Shown here: positions 10,401 to 20,603 of the stretch, piece after piece
Layout: each line of letters starts with the position of its first letter
How positions within the stretch are numbered: the stretch's first letter is position 1
Assembly (NCBI GenBank): GCA_027858615.1
Contig: JAQICJ010000286.1
Coordinates: forward strand, 1,926-65,925
Length of the DNA stretch: 64,000 bases
Reading direction: 5' to 3'
Source of the DNA: Deltaproteobacteria bacterium
GTDB taxonomy: Bacteria > Myxococcota_A > Polyangia > HGW-17
Notes under the pieces: model-generated
The model's database searches: none
What the model was told of the DNA's origin: nothing
What the model saw: only the letters and a program-made list of their open reading frames with translations
Program-made: the position numbers and the translations under genes

Positions 10401-10812
10401 TTTTTCTCCAATTGCGCAGGGGTTGTTTGATAACTGAATTGCTAAAAGGCTTCAGTGATCTCCCCCGGTGTTAGCAGTTAATTTAAAACATTTTCTTTTA
10501 AACATTTTCTGGATTGGTGTTTTTTGATTGCAAAGATAATAACATGTATTTCTATTGTATATTGCCAGGGTCGTTTATTCTCAAATTCGTCTGCGAAGGA
10601 ACCGGGACTAAATACTTGTTCTGTGAATACAAGCAGTTTAAAAAACCGATTCTTTGGAAAGGCAAAAAACCTCCTCAATGAAACAGCAAAATTTTAAAAT
10701 TATTCCTTAATATAATTTTGTATAGGTTTCAGTAAAATTATCAAGGATTTTCTTGGATGATAACAAAATTCTATTTCATAATGAAAATTTTCAACCTGAA
10801 GCAAAAAATTGA
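10401..10812 (-). promoter_or_regulatory. rpsO-pnp intergenic leader (probable pnp 5' UTR with autoregulatory/RNase III-type processing structure)
   Basis: A 410-bp noncoding gap lies between rpsO and pnp, the conserved location of the pnp leader. The structure was not folded by hand. Confidence 0.35.
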
Positions 10813-11082
10813 TTAACGACGTAGACCAAGGGATTTTCTGATCTTGAGATATCTTTCAAAATCTTTTTTCTTGAGATAGTCCAGCAATCTTCTTCTTTTA
10901 CCAACAAGAATCAGAAGACCTCTTCTGCTGTGGTAATCTTTTTTATGAGTTTTAAAATGTTCAGTAAGATGAAGGATGCGGTCAGTAAGCAGAGCAATCT
11001 GGACCTCTGGTGAACCGGTGTCTTTTTCGTGAATTTTGAATTTTTCGATAATTTCTTTTTTTCTGGAAGCTGACATTCCCAT
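10813..11082 (-). CDS. rpsO: 30S ribosomal protein S15
   Basis: 89 aa with ...[19 protein letters not shown]...LDYL..KD..RY..., typical of S15. Confidence 0.95.
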   Translation of the reverse strand: MGMSASRKKEIIEKFKIHEKDTGSPEVQIALLTDRILHLTEHFKTHKKDYHSRRGLLILVGKRRRLLDYLKKKDFERYLKIRKSLGLRR

Positions 11083-11102
11083 AGTTTGACTCCTGTCTTG
11101 GG

Positions 11103-12014
11103 CTAATTTTTGTTAATATAATTTTTAACGTTGGTAATAAAAAGTTTTTTTGGATAAAAAACTCCATCGGCGTAATTTGCAAAACCGAGGAGATTTTGAT
11201 TATAATCAATGAGGTAAACAAGTTGTTTAGATAAAAATAGATTTTTGTCAAGGCGAAATTTTCGACCGTGAAAAATTTCCAAGGCTTGTTTTCGATTGAC
11301 GGTAATTCCTTTGAGATCTTTGAGACCACTGACCGGATTGAGTAATTTTGACAAAAATGTTGTTTTATTCATTTCTTTTAGTTCTTCAATAGTTACTGCC
11401 TGTTCCAGGTTGAAATTGCCACAGGAAGTTCTGCGTAGAGCCTTTACATGGGCTCCTGTTTTGAGGATTCTGCCCAAATCAGAAGCCAATTGTCTGATGT
11501 AGGTTCCCTTGGAACAATGAACTTTCAATTTTAAAGCCGGGGCCTCATAATTGATTATTTCCAGGGAGTAAATATTAATCTGTCTTGGCTTCCTTTGGAT
11601 ATTTTTTCCTTCTCGTGCCAGCTTGTACAGTGGAACTCCCTTATGTTTGAGAGCGCTGTACATGGGTGGAGTCTGAGTGATCTCACCTCTGAGTTGCTCT
11701 AACTGCTGATCGAGTTGATTAATTTGGATATCAGGCACCGGATTACGGGTAATAATTTTACCTTCACTGTCCAGAGTATCGGTTTCAATACCCAGAATAA
11801 TCGTAGTTTCATATTTTTTATCTGCCAAGATCAGATGTTGACTGATTCGGGTGCTTTCTCCCGTAAGCAGAACCAGAAGACCGCTGGCAAGGGGATCAAG
11901 AGTTCCCGTGTGTCCAACTTTGCAGTCAATTCTTTTTTTTACCATGCTTACAACCTGATTGGAACTAGGTCCAATTGGTTTGTCCATCAGTAGAATGCCC
12001 GAAGAATTATTCAT
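11103..12014 (-). CDS. truB: tRNA pseudouridine(55) synthase TruB
   Basis: N-terminal [11 protein letters not shown], catalytic [15 protein letters not shown], and a PUA-like C-terminus. Confidence 0.9.
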   Translation of the reverse strand: MNNSSGILLMDKPIGPSSNQVVSMVKKRIDCKVGHTGTLDPLASGLLVLLTGESTRISQHLILADKKYETTIILGIETDTLDSEGKIITRNPVPDIQINQLDQQLEQLRGEITQTPPMYSALKHKGVPLYKLAREGKNIQRKPRQINIYSLEIINYEAPALKLKVHCSKGTYIRQLASDLGRILKTGAHVKALRRTSCGNFNLEQAVTIEELKEMNKTTFLSKLLNPVSGLKDLKGITVNRKQALEIFHGRKFRLDKNLFLSKQLVYLIDYNQNLLGFANYADGVFYPKKLFITNVKNYINKN

Positions 12015-12990
12015 TTTTCAGAAATTCAGTGATAGTTGAAAAAAGCATTTTTCGAGCTTCGGCAATTGGTTTTTCAATTTTGCAGCCGGCAGCGTTTTTA
12101 TGGCCTCCTCCTCCAAATTTGCGGGCAATGATATCAACTGGATATCTTCCACTGGAACGAAAGGAGACTTTGGAATGGAGTTTATTATCAAGATCTGGTT
12201 TTACAAAAAAAGCAATTTCAACCTTGAAAATACTCCTGGCAAAATTGACGAAACTTGATGCCATATGGATTGAAGCACCGGTTTCTTCAAGCATTTGGGT
12301 GGTGACGTGCATCCCGGCGGTAATGCCGTCATTTCTGATTTCAAGGTTATCCAGGGCTTTTCCCAGCAGCTTCATGCGCTGGAAAGGATTTGATTCAAAA
12401 AGGTTCTGAGTGGCTTCCCAGGGATCGGCTCCAGCTTCGAGCATGCGAGAACCACACTCCAAGGTGCGGGCGTCTGTGCTTGAATACTTAAACCCGCCGG
12501 TATCTGTATAGATTGCACACCATATGGCTTGGGCAATTTGAGCATCGGGTTTTATATTTGAAGTGTTCAACAATTCTTCAATCAACAATCCGGTAGCTGA
12601 GGCATTTTTATCAACAATTTCCAGATCTCCGAAAGGGTTTCGGGTCTTGTGATGGTCGATGACAATGATTTTACCAAAGCGCTTGGAGTTGAGATCTATA
12701 TCTTTGCCCAGAAGATTGGTTGTTCCCAAATCAAGAGCAAAAACGGCGTCATATTCTTTTTTGGGATCGATTGAATCAACAATGGAATCAATTCCATTGA
12801 GGTATTTGAATTCGTGTCCTAATTGATCCTGAAAATATACCGTGGGGTTGCCTCCTACAATTTTACAGATATGCATGAGGGCAAGGGATGAACCGATTGC
12901 ATCTCCATCTGGATTGCGATGGGAGGTGATAAGTATATTTTTTTGAAGATAATCCAGGCATTTTTTATATTCAGGAATTCTCATCTTCAT
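12007..12990 (-). CDS. nrnA: DHH/DHHA1 family phosphoesterase (NrnA-like oligoribonuclease/pAp phosphatase)
   Basis: HRNPDGDAIGSSLAL and VIDHHK DHH motifs, with a GGGH DHHA1 C-terminus. Sits in the conserved rbfA-DHH-truB position. Confidence 0.8.
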   Translation of the reverse strand: MKMRIPEYKKCLDYLQKNILITSHRNPDGDAIGSSLALMHICKIVGGNPTVYFQDQLGHEFKYLNGIDSIVDSIDPKKEYDAVFALDLGTTNLLGKDIDLNSKRFGKIIVIDHHKTRNPFGDLEIVDKNASATGLLIEELLNTSNIKPDAQIAQAIWCAIYTDTGGFKYSSTDARTLECGSRMLEAGADPWEATQNLFESNPFQRMKLLGKALDNLEIRNDGITAGMHVTTQMLEETGASIHMASSFVNFARSIFKVEIAFFVKPDLDNKLHSKVSFRSSGRYPVDIIARKFGGGGHKNAAGCKIEKPIAEARKMLFSTITEFLKNE

Positions 12991-13399
12991 TTTTATTATC
13001 CTTTTTTAATTCATCAAAGATTTTTTCCAGTTTGTAGGCTTTTTTCAGGGTTTTATCTTCATAAAAAGCAAGATCAGGTGTTTTGCGCATATCAAGACTG
13101 GAGGCAAGTTTTTTCTTAAGGAAACCACCAGCACTTTTGAGGCCTTTGAGACTTTTCTGGATTTCTCCTTCGCCGGCGGCCATTGAGATAAATACTTTTG
13201 CCAGGGAAAAATCGGCGGAAATTTCTACGTGGGTAATGGTAATGGGACCTATCCTCGGATCTTTGAGAGATTTAAGAATAAACATGCTGAGTATCTGCTG
13301 AATTTGGGAAGCCACCATCTTTTGTCTGCGAGACTGCTTGTGAGGAACGGCATCTCCGAAAGTATTCAATTGTTTTCCACGTTTCTTTGAATCAGTCAC
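12971..13399 (-). CDS. rbfA: ribosome-binding factor A
   Basis: RbfA-like core (RQKMVASQIQQILS..ILKSLKDPRIG.ITITHVEISADFSLAKVFIS) with an acidic C-terminal tail. Confidence 0.85.
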   Translation of the reverse strand: MTDSKKRGKQLNTFGDAVPHKQSRRQKMVASQIQQILSMFILKSLKDPRIGPITITHVEISADFSLAKVFISMAAGEGEIQKSLKGLKSAGGFLKKKLASSLDMRKTPDLAFYEDKTLKKAYKLEKIFDELKKDNKNEDENS

Positions 13400-13847
13400 G
13401 GTTGCCCTCCTTGTTGAGTTGAGAGATTAGTTGATTGCTTGTTTTCGAGGTGGAGTTTTTGACTTTTTCCCAGTCGATCATTTGTTCATCCTTTTCTATT
13501 GTCCAGAAAGGATCCTCAAGTTGTCCCAGATTGATTATTTCTCTTTCCCAGTATTCAAGGGGAGCCAGGTACAATTTTTCGATAAAGGAGATGATTTTGT
13601 CGATCATGCTCAGTGCGTGGCGTGCATCATTGCTTACCAGACTGATCCCCAGAACCATTATTGACAGGTTATCGTTTTGTTCAATTTCAGCTATGGAAAC
13701 CTGAAATCGGTTTGTAACTTTTTTGATGAGACTTTGTTTTACGGATCTTTTTTCTTTGAGTGAGGTTGCAAAAGAAGTGTCGAACCCCAGTCTGGCAACA
13801 GCGACGACAAACATAATACCTCTCGGAGGATTGTTTAGCAGAGCCAT
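13392..13847 (-). CDS. DUF503 (YlxP-like) protein
   Basis: Size and position immediately upstream of rbfA match the ylxP slot of infB-ylxP-rbfA operons. infB itself is not adjacent here. Confidence 0.6.
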   Translation of the reverse strand: MALLNNPPRGIMFVVAVARLGFDTSFATSLKEKRSVKQSLIKKVTNRFQVSIAEIEQNDNLSIMVLGISLVSNDARHALSMIDKIISFIEKLYLAPLEYWEREIINLGQLEDPFWTIEKDEQMIDWEKVKNSTSKTSNQLISQLNKEGNRD

Positions 13848-14100
13848 GTAACTTGGACTGGTCTCTGAAATTAGAGCAAAACAACCAGTGTCAGGAATTA
13901 TTCTGTCGCGAGATAACCCTCAAGGTTGTTTTTTGCGAAAATAAAGATAGGTATATCAATTATTTCGCGGTTGTTCCAGCAGGAGCAACCAGCTTGAGAC
14001 TTGCCACAAATTATTGACAATGCTCAAAGCCAAAGCCTGTATACCACTTTAATTGATAAGATCAACCTAAATTTGAAAGGTGGGGTTTAAAGAAATGGAA

Positions 14101-14916
14101 CTATTTATCTTTTTTCTTTTTTTTGAACTTTTCGGCTTTACTGCCGGAAGTAACAGTTTTGACGATTGGATTAACCTGCAAGGTTGTAGCGTTGGCCAAT
14201 TTAACACCGCGGTTTTTGCGGGATTTAACAACTTTATTTTTGAGAGTGGAATCGATGAGGATAAAAACAAAATTACCGTAAACATCGGTTTTATCCATGG
14301 CCCAAAGCTCGGCATTTTCCTTACCTTGCCAGAAGATATGATGAAGCATTGTGTCTCCAGCAATACCTTTTTTGAAAACTTCTTTGGCTTTTCCATAGGC
14401 TTGTTCCATGGTCATCTGGAATTTGGCAAAATTAAATCCTCGGAACTGGTTTCTGCTCAAAGAGATAAAAATTTTGTAAAGTTTGTTTTTATAGAAGAAA
14501 AAGAATTTCTGTGTATTTTTATCGATATAGGCAATAACTGATTCATAGTTTTTGTGGGCAAATTGATCATCAATAATGGATGTATTCCATGATTTATTTT
14601 TACCATCAAATTTGAGTACATTTTTCTTGAGCTTTTTGATTACATGGTTTCTTTTTCTTCTGATCTCATCTTTTTTGGTTGCTCTGTTGGCTTTGAGTAT
14701 CTTTTTGCGATATTTGGCGTTGATTTCCTTGATGATGAGTTTGAGCACTTTCTTTTTGGACATGCGGAATTTAAAGGGTTCCTGCAGTGCTTTTATAGCT
14801 TGGGAAGTTTTGGCCTTGCTGCTTTTTTTGGCTGAAACAAAGTTGCTGGACAAAACCAAAGCCAGGAAGATTGTGCTGGTTGCCAGATATTTGGTATAAT
14901 TCATTTTTTCCTCCAA
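14101..14916 (-). CDS. secreted lysine-rich hypothetical protein
   Basis: N-terminal signal peptide (TIFLALVLSSNFVSA) and a K-rich body. A GGAGG RBS lies upstream of the ATG. Confidence 0.5.
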   Translation of the reverse strand: MEEKMNYTKYLATSTIFLALVLSSNFVSAKKSSKAKTSQAIKALQEPFKFRMSKKKVLKLIIKEINAKYRKKILKANRATKKDEIRRKRNHVIKKLKKNVLKFDGKNKSWNTSIIDDQFAHKNYESVIAYIDKNTQKFFFFYKNKLYKIFISLSRNQFRGFNFAKFQMTMEQAYGKAKEVFKKGIAGDTMLHHIFWQGKENAELWAMDKTDVYGNFVFILIDSTLKNKVVKSRKNRGVKLANATTLQVNPIVKTVTSGSKAEKFKKKKKDK

Positions 14917-15607
14917 AAAACCATTTTGTTACAATGGTTTTGAACTAAAGTAAAATTGTTTATTAAGGTGGCTGCAAATTTGAAGACGTAAACCTGAATA
15001 GAATATTCAATTCAAATTCCAGTTTGAGATAGAAATGGTTCAAACTGTTCAGTTTTGATAATACGTTGGATTATAATTAACAGGTGATTAAGAGCAAGTC
15101 AAAGTTTTGTAAAAATGACTTGTGGATTCAAAAAGGTGATATATTTTGCAAAAGCCTGCAGTTTTTTAATTGATTTGGTTGTAAAAAGGATTCAATTTCG
15201 TTATATTTCATTTGTTATGTTTTCACCAGCGTTTTAGCCCTTGAAGTTTCTAATTCCATTATCTCGGCTTGAAGGTGCCCACAGCAATAAAGATCGATTA
15301 TCTCAAACAAATCTTTTATTGTCAGCATTCAACTTTTTGTTTTATTATAATTGAATCTGAGTTTATTCCCTTTATCCTGTTTGATCGGTGGGCATACTCA
15401 TTTTTGATTAATTTTCATGAACAAATTGGTTTATCAGGGTTGCAACCCTTTATTTCCAAGTATCATATCCATCGCATCGGCCAAAATAACAGGCGGCAGC
15501 AATTTTTCTAATTTCCCTTACACCAAAATCAGGTGTTGGCAAGTTTAACTTCAGATTGAAATAACTTCAGATGTAAAAAATCCGATCTTTCTGTTTACAA
15601 TTGCTTT

Positions 15608-18367
15608 TTGAGCAGTTTCAGTATTTATTCCTGTACAGGGTGCAAGCCCGAATATCCAGTATTGTTTGAGGTCAAAATAATGAGTACAATCCTTGAAAAC
15701 AAAAGGAAAATCCAGCTTGAGTCAAGAGAGGCCAAAGGCAATCTCTATGAATTTCCAATTGAAAATCTAAAGGACGAACATCCTTTTTTCTCTTTGTTTA
15801 AAATCAAGAGCAACACCTATCTTTCCTATTTTGTCGAAATTAATTCCCTGCTCAAAGACAATAATAATTTTTGTACCTGCAAGGATTATAAATACAATCA
15901 TCTCGGCACCTGCAAACATATAGAAGCTGTACTCAACCAACTTGAAACCAACTCTACTCAGGCTTTCAACTGGACCCGACAGAAACAGCCCCGGGTTAAG
16001 GACCGTTTGTATGTTGTCTGGATTGAAGGACAGGAAAAATTACGTCTTTCCCTTGAACCTGAAAAATCAACTCCCCTCATGGAAGATCTTTTTGTCGATG
16101 GTTGTCTTCGGGATTTAGAACTTCTTAATGATGAAAAGATGGAGTTGTTTCTGAAACAATGTGAGCAAAATAATATTACCATTTCTTGGGCAGCAAAACT
16201 TGCCATGGAAAGATGGAAGAGAAGGCGTCGTTCCAGAAGGATTCTGCAGCAATATATTTCCATCCATCTCAATCAGGGAATGTTGAAGAAAAAAATCAAA
16301 GAACATCAAGTAGCAGCAGTAAAACACCTGCTTTCTCATGATGTTTCTCTTTTAAGTGGAGATTACGGAACCGGAAAAAGAGTGTCTGTGATTGGTGCCA
16401 TCTATCTTTTGCAGAAATTAAACAAGAAAAATAAAACTGTTATAATTACTGATAAGGCGTTTTTCTCTCATTGGAAAAGATTGTTCAAATTGTTTTTTCC
16501 TCAATTGATCCATATATTTGGAGAAAAAAGAACTCGCAATTCTCTTGATCCTTTCAAGGTCAAGAGTGTTTTTCTGGCAGATTATGAAAATCTTCTCAGG
16601 GATGGACAAAATATTCAGAAACTCAATCCCGATCTGATAGTCTATGATGAAATCCAGGACATCAAGAATTGGACCGGAATGATGGGCAAGTTGATTAAAT
16701 CCCTTGAGTCTGATTTCCAATTTATCCTTTCTTCAATTTCAAGCCGGGATTTTCATCCGCAACTGCTGGTTAATCTGGCTCAATTCATCAACTCCGTGGG
16801 GTTTGGTCCCATGTGGCTATATCTTCAGAAAAAATGTAAAAGGGACAGATGGGGCAAGGTGGTTGAATATGGAGAGCTCGATAAATTGCAGCAGATGATC
16901 AAGCCCTTTAATATTGATGAATCTGGTTCAGATACTCTGCCGGGCAAGTCAAAAATCAGAGTTATTTTTCCCATGACCAAGGTTCAGCAGGATTATATGA
17001 ATGAAAAGCTCACAAAATTTGCAGCCCTGGTGGGAGGAAGATTCAATTGGAAGGAAAGCGATGTCGAGAAGACGCGTTCTGCCATCAGAAAAGTTCGTTT
17101 GGGGCTTGGGGATGTCAAGCAGATAGTTCCAGAGTCCGATTCAACTCCCAAGCAGGTTCAATTGAAAAAGATTCTCAAAAATCTTGGCAAAAACAACAAA
17201 AAAACCATTATTTTTACAGCCTGGGAGCAATTTGATGAACCTCTGGATCAGATTATCAATGATCTTGGTTTGAAAACCAAGGTTCTTATTACTGATCACC
17301 AGGCCAGACAATGGTCTGAGGAAGATTCCAATCTTGTGGGTATTATTCACGATAAGAATTTTGATTTCAGAATAAATAATGTTGATGCTGTAATCAATTA
17401 TGACATGCCCTGGAACAAAAAACTCATTCAGAATCGGAGAAAGCTGCTCACCAAAGGCAAAGATAGATTGATAGATTTTATCTTTGTTGTTGCTGATTCC
17501 ATTGAAGAAAGAGCCATGGTGGTATTGAGTACCCTGCCCAACTTGATTGATGAATGGTTTGACGAAGAACAGCCGCTGGAGGCTTTGCCGGAGCCTGAAA
17601 AGTTCAGAAATATGGTTCGCAAGCTCAGTGCCAGAAGGGACAGCAGGATTTCCTCAAGCAAAGTGATTTCAGGAAGCAGAAGAAAACGAAGAAGCTCAAA
17701 AATTGTTGGTCTCGCCAACAAGAAATCCAAGGTCAAGTTTCTTGATTCAAATATTCGTTCCAAGGTTTTCAAAACAAATTCAATTGTTTACAAACCCCAG
17801 TACGATTTTCCCGATGTCAAAAACAAAATTGTTTTTATCGATCTCAAGACAGTTATGATTTCCGATGAACGAATTCCTGTTTTTGCAGCTATCAACAACA
17901 CCGAAGATGAAAAGTTCTGGGGTTTCACTGCCGGCTATTTTGATCTGCTTGGTCAAGAACTCAGGGAAGCTGAATTGGTTGTCAGTCTCAACAGCAGAGG
18001 AAACGAACCGGATTTGTTTTTTCCGGGTTCCTCGGAGATAAAAATTCTCGATCTGGGAAAAATACTTAGAGAAAAAACATCAGAACCTGAAGTAAAAGTA
18101 AAATCGATCATCGATTCAACTCTTTCCACCAGATATGGTTGGGAACAAAAAGAGATCACCAGATTGTTCAAAGCCTCCAGATATAATGATCTTATCGAAC
18201 TGGCACAATCGGATCTAAAGACTTTGTGGCGATTTCTTTCCTATATGGTCAGAGAAGATCGTTTTTTCTATCGGCTCCGGGATGAACGTCAATCAAGTCG
18301 CTTTGATATCAAAAAAGTGCTGCCTGAAGAGGTAATCTCCCTTCTCCAGACTAGACGCGAACTCTAG
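15608..18367 (+). CDS. SNF2-family helicase with N-terminal SWIM zinc finger (true start probably the ATG near 15680)
   Basis: SWIM-like CTCKDYKYNHLGTCKHIEAVL. Helicase motif I LLSGDYGTGKR, DExx box YDEIQDIKNW and a C-terminal helicase domain. Confidence 0.8.
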   Translation: MSSFSIYSCTGCKPEYPVLFEVKIMSTILENKRKIQLESREAKGNLYEFPIENLKDEHPFFSLFKIKSNTYLSYFVEINSLLKDNNNFCTCKDYKYNHLGTCKHIEAVLNQLETNSTQAFNWTRQKQPRVKDRLYVVWIEGQEKLRLSLEPEKSTPLMEDLFVDGCLRDLELLNDEKMELFLKQCEQNNITISWAAKLAMERWKRRRRSRRILQQYISIHLNQGMLKKKIKEHQVAAVKHLLSHDVSLLSGDYGTGKRVSVIGAIYLLQKLNKKNKTVIITDKAFFSHWKRLFKLFFPQLIHIFGEKRTRNSLDPFKVKSVFLADYENLLRDGQNIQKLNPDLIVYDEIQDIKNWTGMMGKLIKSLESDFQFILSSISSRDFHPQLLVNLAQFINSVGFGPMWLYLQKKCKRDRWGKVVEYGELDKLQQMIKPFNIDESGSDTLPGKSKIRVIFPMTKVQQDYMNEKLTKFAALVGGRFNWKESDVEKTRSAIRKVRLGLGDVKQIVPESDSTPKQVQLKKILKNLGKNNKKTIIFTAWEQFDEPLDQIINDLGLKTKVLITDHQARQWSEEDSNLVGIIHDKNFDFRINNVDAVINYDMPWNKKLIQNRRKLLTKGKDRLIDFIFVVADSIEERAMVVLSTLPNLIDEWFDEEQPLEALPEPEKFRNMVRKLSARRDSRISSSKVISGSRRKRRSSKIVGLANKKSKVKFLDSNIRSKVFKTNSIVYKPQYDFPDVKNKIVFIDLKTVMISDERIPVFAAINNTEDEKFWGFTAGYFDLLGQELREAELVVSLNSRGNEPDLFFPGSSEIKILDLGKILREKTSEPEVKVKSIIDSTLSTRYGWEQKEITRLFKASRYNDLIELAQSDLKTLWRFLSYMVREDRFFYRLRDERQSSRFDIKKVLPEEVISLLQTRREL

Positions 18368-18450
18368 TTTTTTCCCTTCAATTAACTTTGAAAATAATTC
18401 CCCAATATAAAATTTGAAAATCCAGATATTTCTCTTGTAAAATGGTGAGA

Positions 18451-18525
18451 CTGAAAAGAGACGGAAACTAGTTAGTTCCCATACCAGAATGGGGGTTTTT
18501 GGCTGAAAAGAGACGGGAACTATTT
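18451..18525. repeat. short copy of the dispersed TIR element (TTAGTTCCC..CCAGAATGGG / GACGGGAACTAtTT), flanked by a 23-bp direct repeat CTGAAAAGAGACGG(G)AACTAgTT
   Basis: Read directly from the sequence. The TAG stop of the DsbA-like gene 18520..19584 lies inside the element. Confidence 0.7.
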
Positions 18526-19584
18526 AGCAGTTTTTTCTTTCATTATGGTTTCTACACAGTTGGTAAACTGATCACAGGTGATATCTTTTTTTGAACATTG
18601 CAACATAATATCAAAAACAAGGGGTTTTTGTTGAAGACTGCACTTTTTAATGAACACCTCCTTGATTTTTTTAATTTCCTTGTTCAGTATTCTTTTATCA
18701 AGGGGTTTTTCGTAAACCAATTTTCCGTGATCAACTAGCTTTTCATAAATATTTTCAGGTTTGATTCCTTTACTGGCCAATTTTTTGGATTCTGTCAGGC
18801 TCATTGCAATCAACTGAACAATATTTTGATTTCTTTCCAGTTTTTTTCCGTTGATAAATAGGGTTGGAGTGGCATTAACTTTGATCTGGTTGCCAAATTT
18901 TACCTCTTTTTCGATTATGGGATAATTTTTGTTGGCCTCAAGGTTTTTGCGATATTTCTTGATGTTGATACCCAGTTTTTTCAGGACAGGCTTCAAAGAT
19001 TTTACTTCCAGGCTTTTATTTGGATCAAATTTGTTTTTCCCTTTGGTTTTAGCCATCAGAAAATCCTCAGAAAATTGCTCTTGATTGTGAAAGAGAACAT
19101 CATGCATGGTCCAATATGCATCATTGCCTTTTTGGCGATTAACTTCGAGAGCAGCCTGAGCCGCCAGATTAGCAAAAACATGATAATTCAGGGGGAAATT
19201 CTTTAAAACAAGTTTGATTTTACCTTTGTATTTCTTAAGCAGTTTTGGAAGGATATTCAAACTCCAGTAACGGCAGGCGGGACATTGGTAATCGGTAAAT
19301 TCAACAATGGTGACCGGGGCGTTTTTATTGCCTTTCCAGGGGGAATTGCCAACTTTTACATTATAAATATCGGTAGTGGTTTTAATAAAGCAGTCATGAT
19401 GCCTTTTAAAAAGCTGTTTACAGGTTGTTTTATCTTTTTTGTTTTCGACCTGTTTTTTATTTTCTTTATTCAGTAAATTCTTTCCCAAATCTTTATCTTC
19501 TTTATCTTCTTTGTCTGGAATTGTTTTTTGACTGTTACAGGAACTTAGAATAAAAAATAAAAAAATCAAATACTTAAAACGCAT
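18520..19584 (-). CDS. DsbA/thioredoxin-fold thiol:disulfide oxidoreductase lipoprotein (paralog 1) with Cys-rich C-terminal extension
   Basis: Lipobox FILSSC, CxxC active site YQCPACRY in a DsbA-like context, and C-terminal C..C..C..C tail. Confidence 0.75.
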   Translation of the reverse strand: MRFKYLIFLFFILSSCNSQKTIPDKEDKEDKDLGKNLLNKENKKQVENKKDKTTCKQLFKRHHDCFIKTTTDIYNVKVGNSPWKGNKNAPVTIVEFTDYQCPACRYWSLNILPKLLKKYKGKIKLVLKNFPLNYHVFANLAAQAALEVNRQKGNDAYWTMHDVLFHNQEQFSEDFLMAKTKGKNKFDPNKSLEVKSLKPVLKKLGINIKKYRKNLEANKNYPIIEKEVKFGNQIKVNATPTLFINGKKLERNQNIVQLIAMSLTESKKLASKGIKPENIYEKLVDHGKLVYEKPLDKRILNKEIKKIKEVFIKKCSLQQKPLVFDIMLQCSKKDITCDQFTNCVETIMKEKTAK

Positions 19585-19630
19585 TATTGTCTCCGTAATT
19601 GGATTTGTTCCTGCTTTAATATGGAAGTAA

Positions 19631-19651
19631 ACGGGAACTAGTTAGTTAGGG
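19631..19651. repeat. solo terminal-repeat fragment of the TIR element (ACGGGAACTAGTT AGTTAGGG)
   Basis: Matches the right end of the long copies. It supplies the TAG stop of gene 19638..20603. Confidence 0.55.
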
Positions 19652-20603
19652 TGTCCTTGATACAATTTTTGATGTCTGTACATTTATTACTTTTTTGGGC
19701 GCATTGGTGCAGAATGTAATAATAGTTGCCTTGGCTCATATTTTCGGAATTCGCTTTGCAATTCTCCAAGAATTTACTTTTGAATTGAGCCAGCTCTTTC
19801 TCAACAGTTTCTTTATCAAGTTTGCGCTTGAAAAAAGTCTTTTTGTGGTTGGTTATATAGTTGTAAATTTTATTTCTTGGAGTTCCTGCTTTGACCAGAT
19901 TGCCTGCGTATTCAATTTGAGCTTCAATCAATTTTTCCAACCCCTGATTTTCGAGTTTTATTCCATTGACGAAAATCCAGGGAGTTCCTTCCACTTTTAC
20001 CTTTTTTCCAAGATTGATATCACTTTTGACTAATTTGTCAGGAAGGTTTTCATCCAGTTTATTTTTTAATAGTTTGGGATTGATTCCCTGTTGTATTGCT
20101 GTTTTCAAAATAAAATTTTCATCCAGTTTGGTGCCGTTGGCAAAGATGATGTCGTGGTATTTCCAGAAAGCACCATTGCCTTTTTCCTTTTTGAGCACCA
20201 TTCCTACTTTGGAAGCAAAGAGGGCTTCGGCATGGTAGGAAAGGGGATAATTTTTAAATACTACTCGCAAATCTCCTGAATATTTATTTTCCAATATATT
20301 GAATTTGATCGCCATTTTGGAACAATAGGGACATTGAAAATCGGTAAATTCAACAATAGTGACCAGAGCATTGTTGCTGCCTTTAACCGGTGAATGATCC
20401 ACCGGAAGATTATAAATTTTCTGGGTCTGGCTGACAAAACATTTGCCATGTTCTGCAAAAAGAGATTTGCAGTTCAATTTATCCAGAACCGGTTTTGGCT
20501 GCGATTTCGAATTTTGTTCAGATCCTAGTTTGACGACTTCTTCATCTTCTTTACACGAAAGGAACAGATTTGATATTAGCAGCACCAAAAGCAGTTTTTT
20601 CAT
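19638..20603 (-). CDS. DsbA/thioredoxin-fold lipoprotein (paralog 2) with Cys-rich C-terminal extension
   Basis: Lipobox LFLSC, CxxC FQCPYCSK, and a Cys-rich C-terminal tail similar to paralog 1. Confidence 0.75.
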   Translation of the reverse strand: MKKLLLVLLISNLFLSCKEDEEVVKLGSEQNSKSQPKPVLDKLNCKSLFAEHGKCFVSQTQKIYNLPVDHSPVKGSNNALVTIVEFTDFQCPYCSKMAIKFNILENKYSGDLRVVFKNYPLSYHAEALFASKVGMVLKKEKGNGAFWKYHDIIFANGTKLDENFILKTAIQQGINPKLLKNKLDENLPDKLVKSDINLGKKVKVEGTPWIFVNGIKLENQGLEKLIEAQIEYAGNLVKAGTPRNKIYNYITNHKKTFFKRKLDKETVEKELAQFKSKFLENCKANSENMSQGNYYYILHQCAQKSNKCTDIKNCIKDTLTN

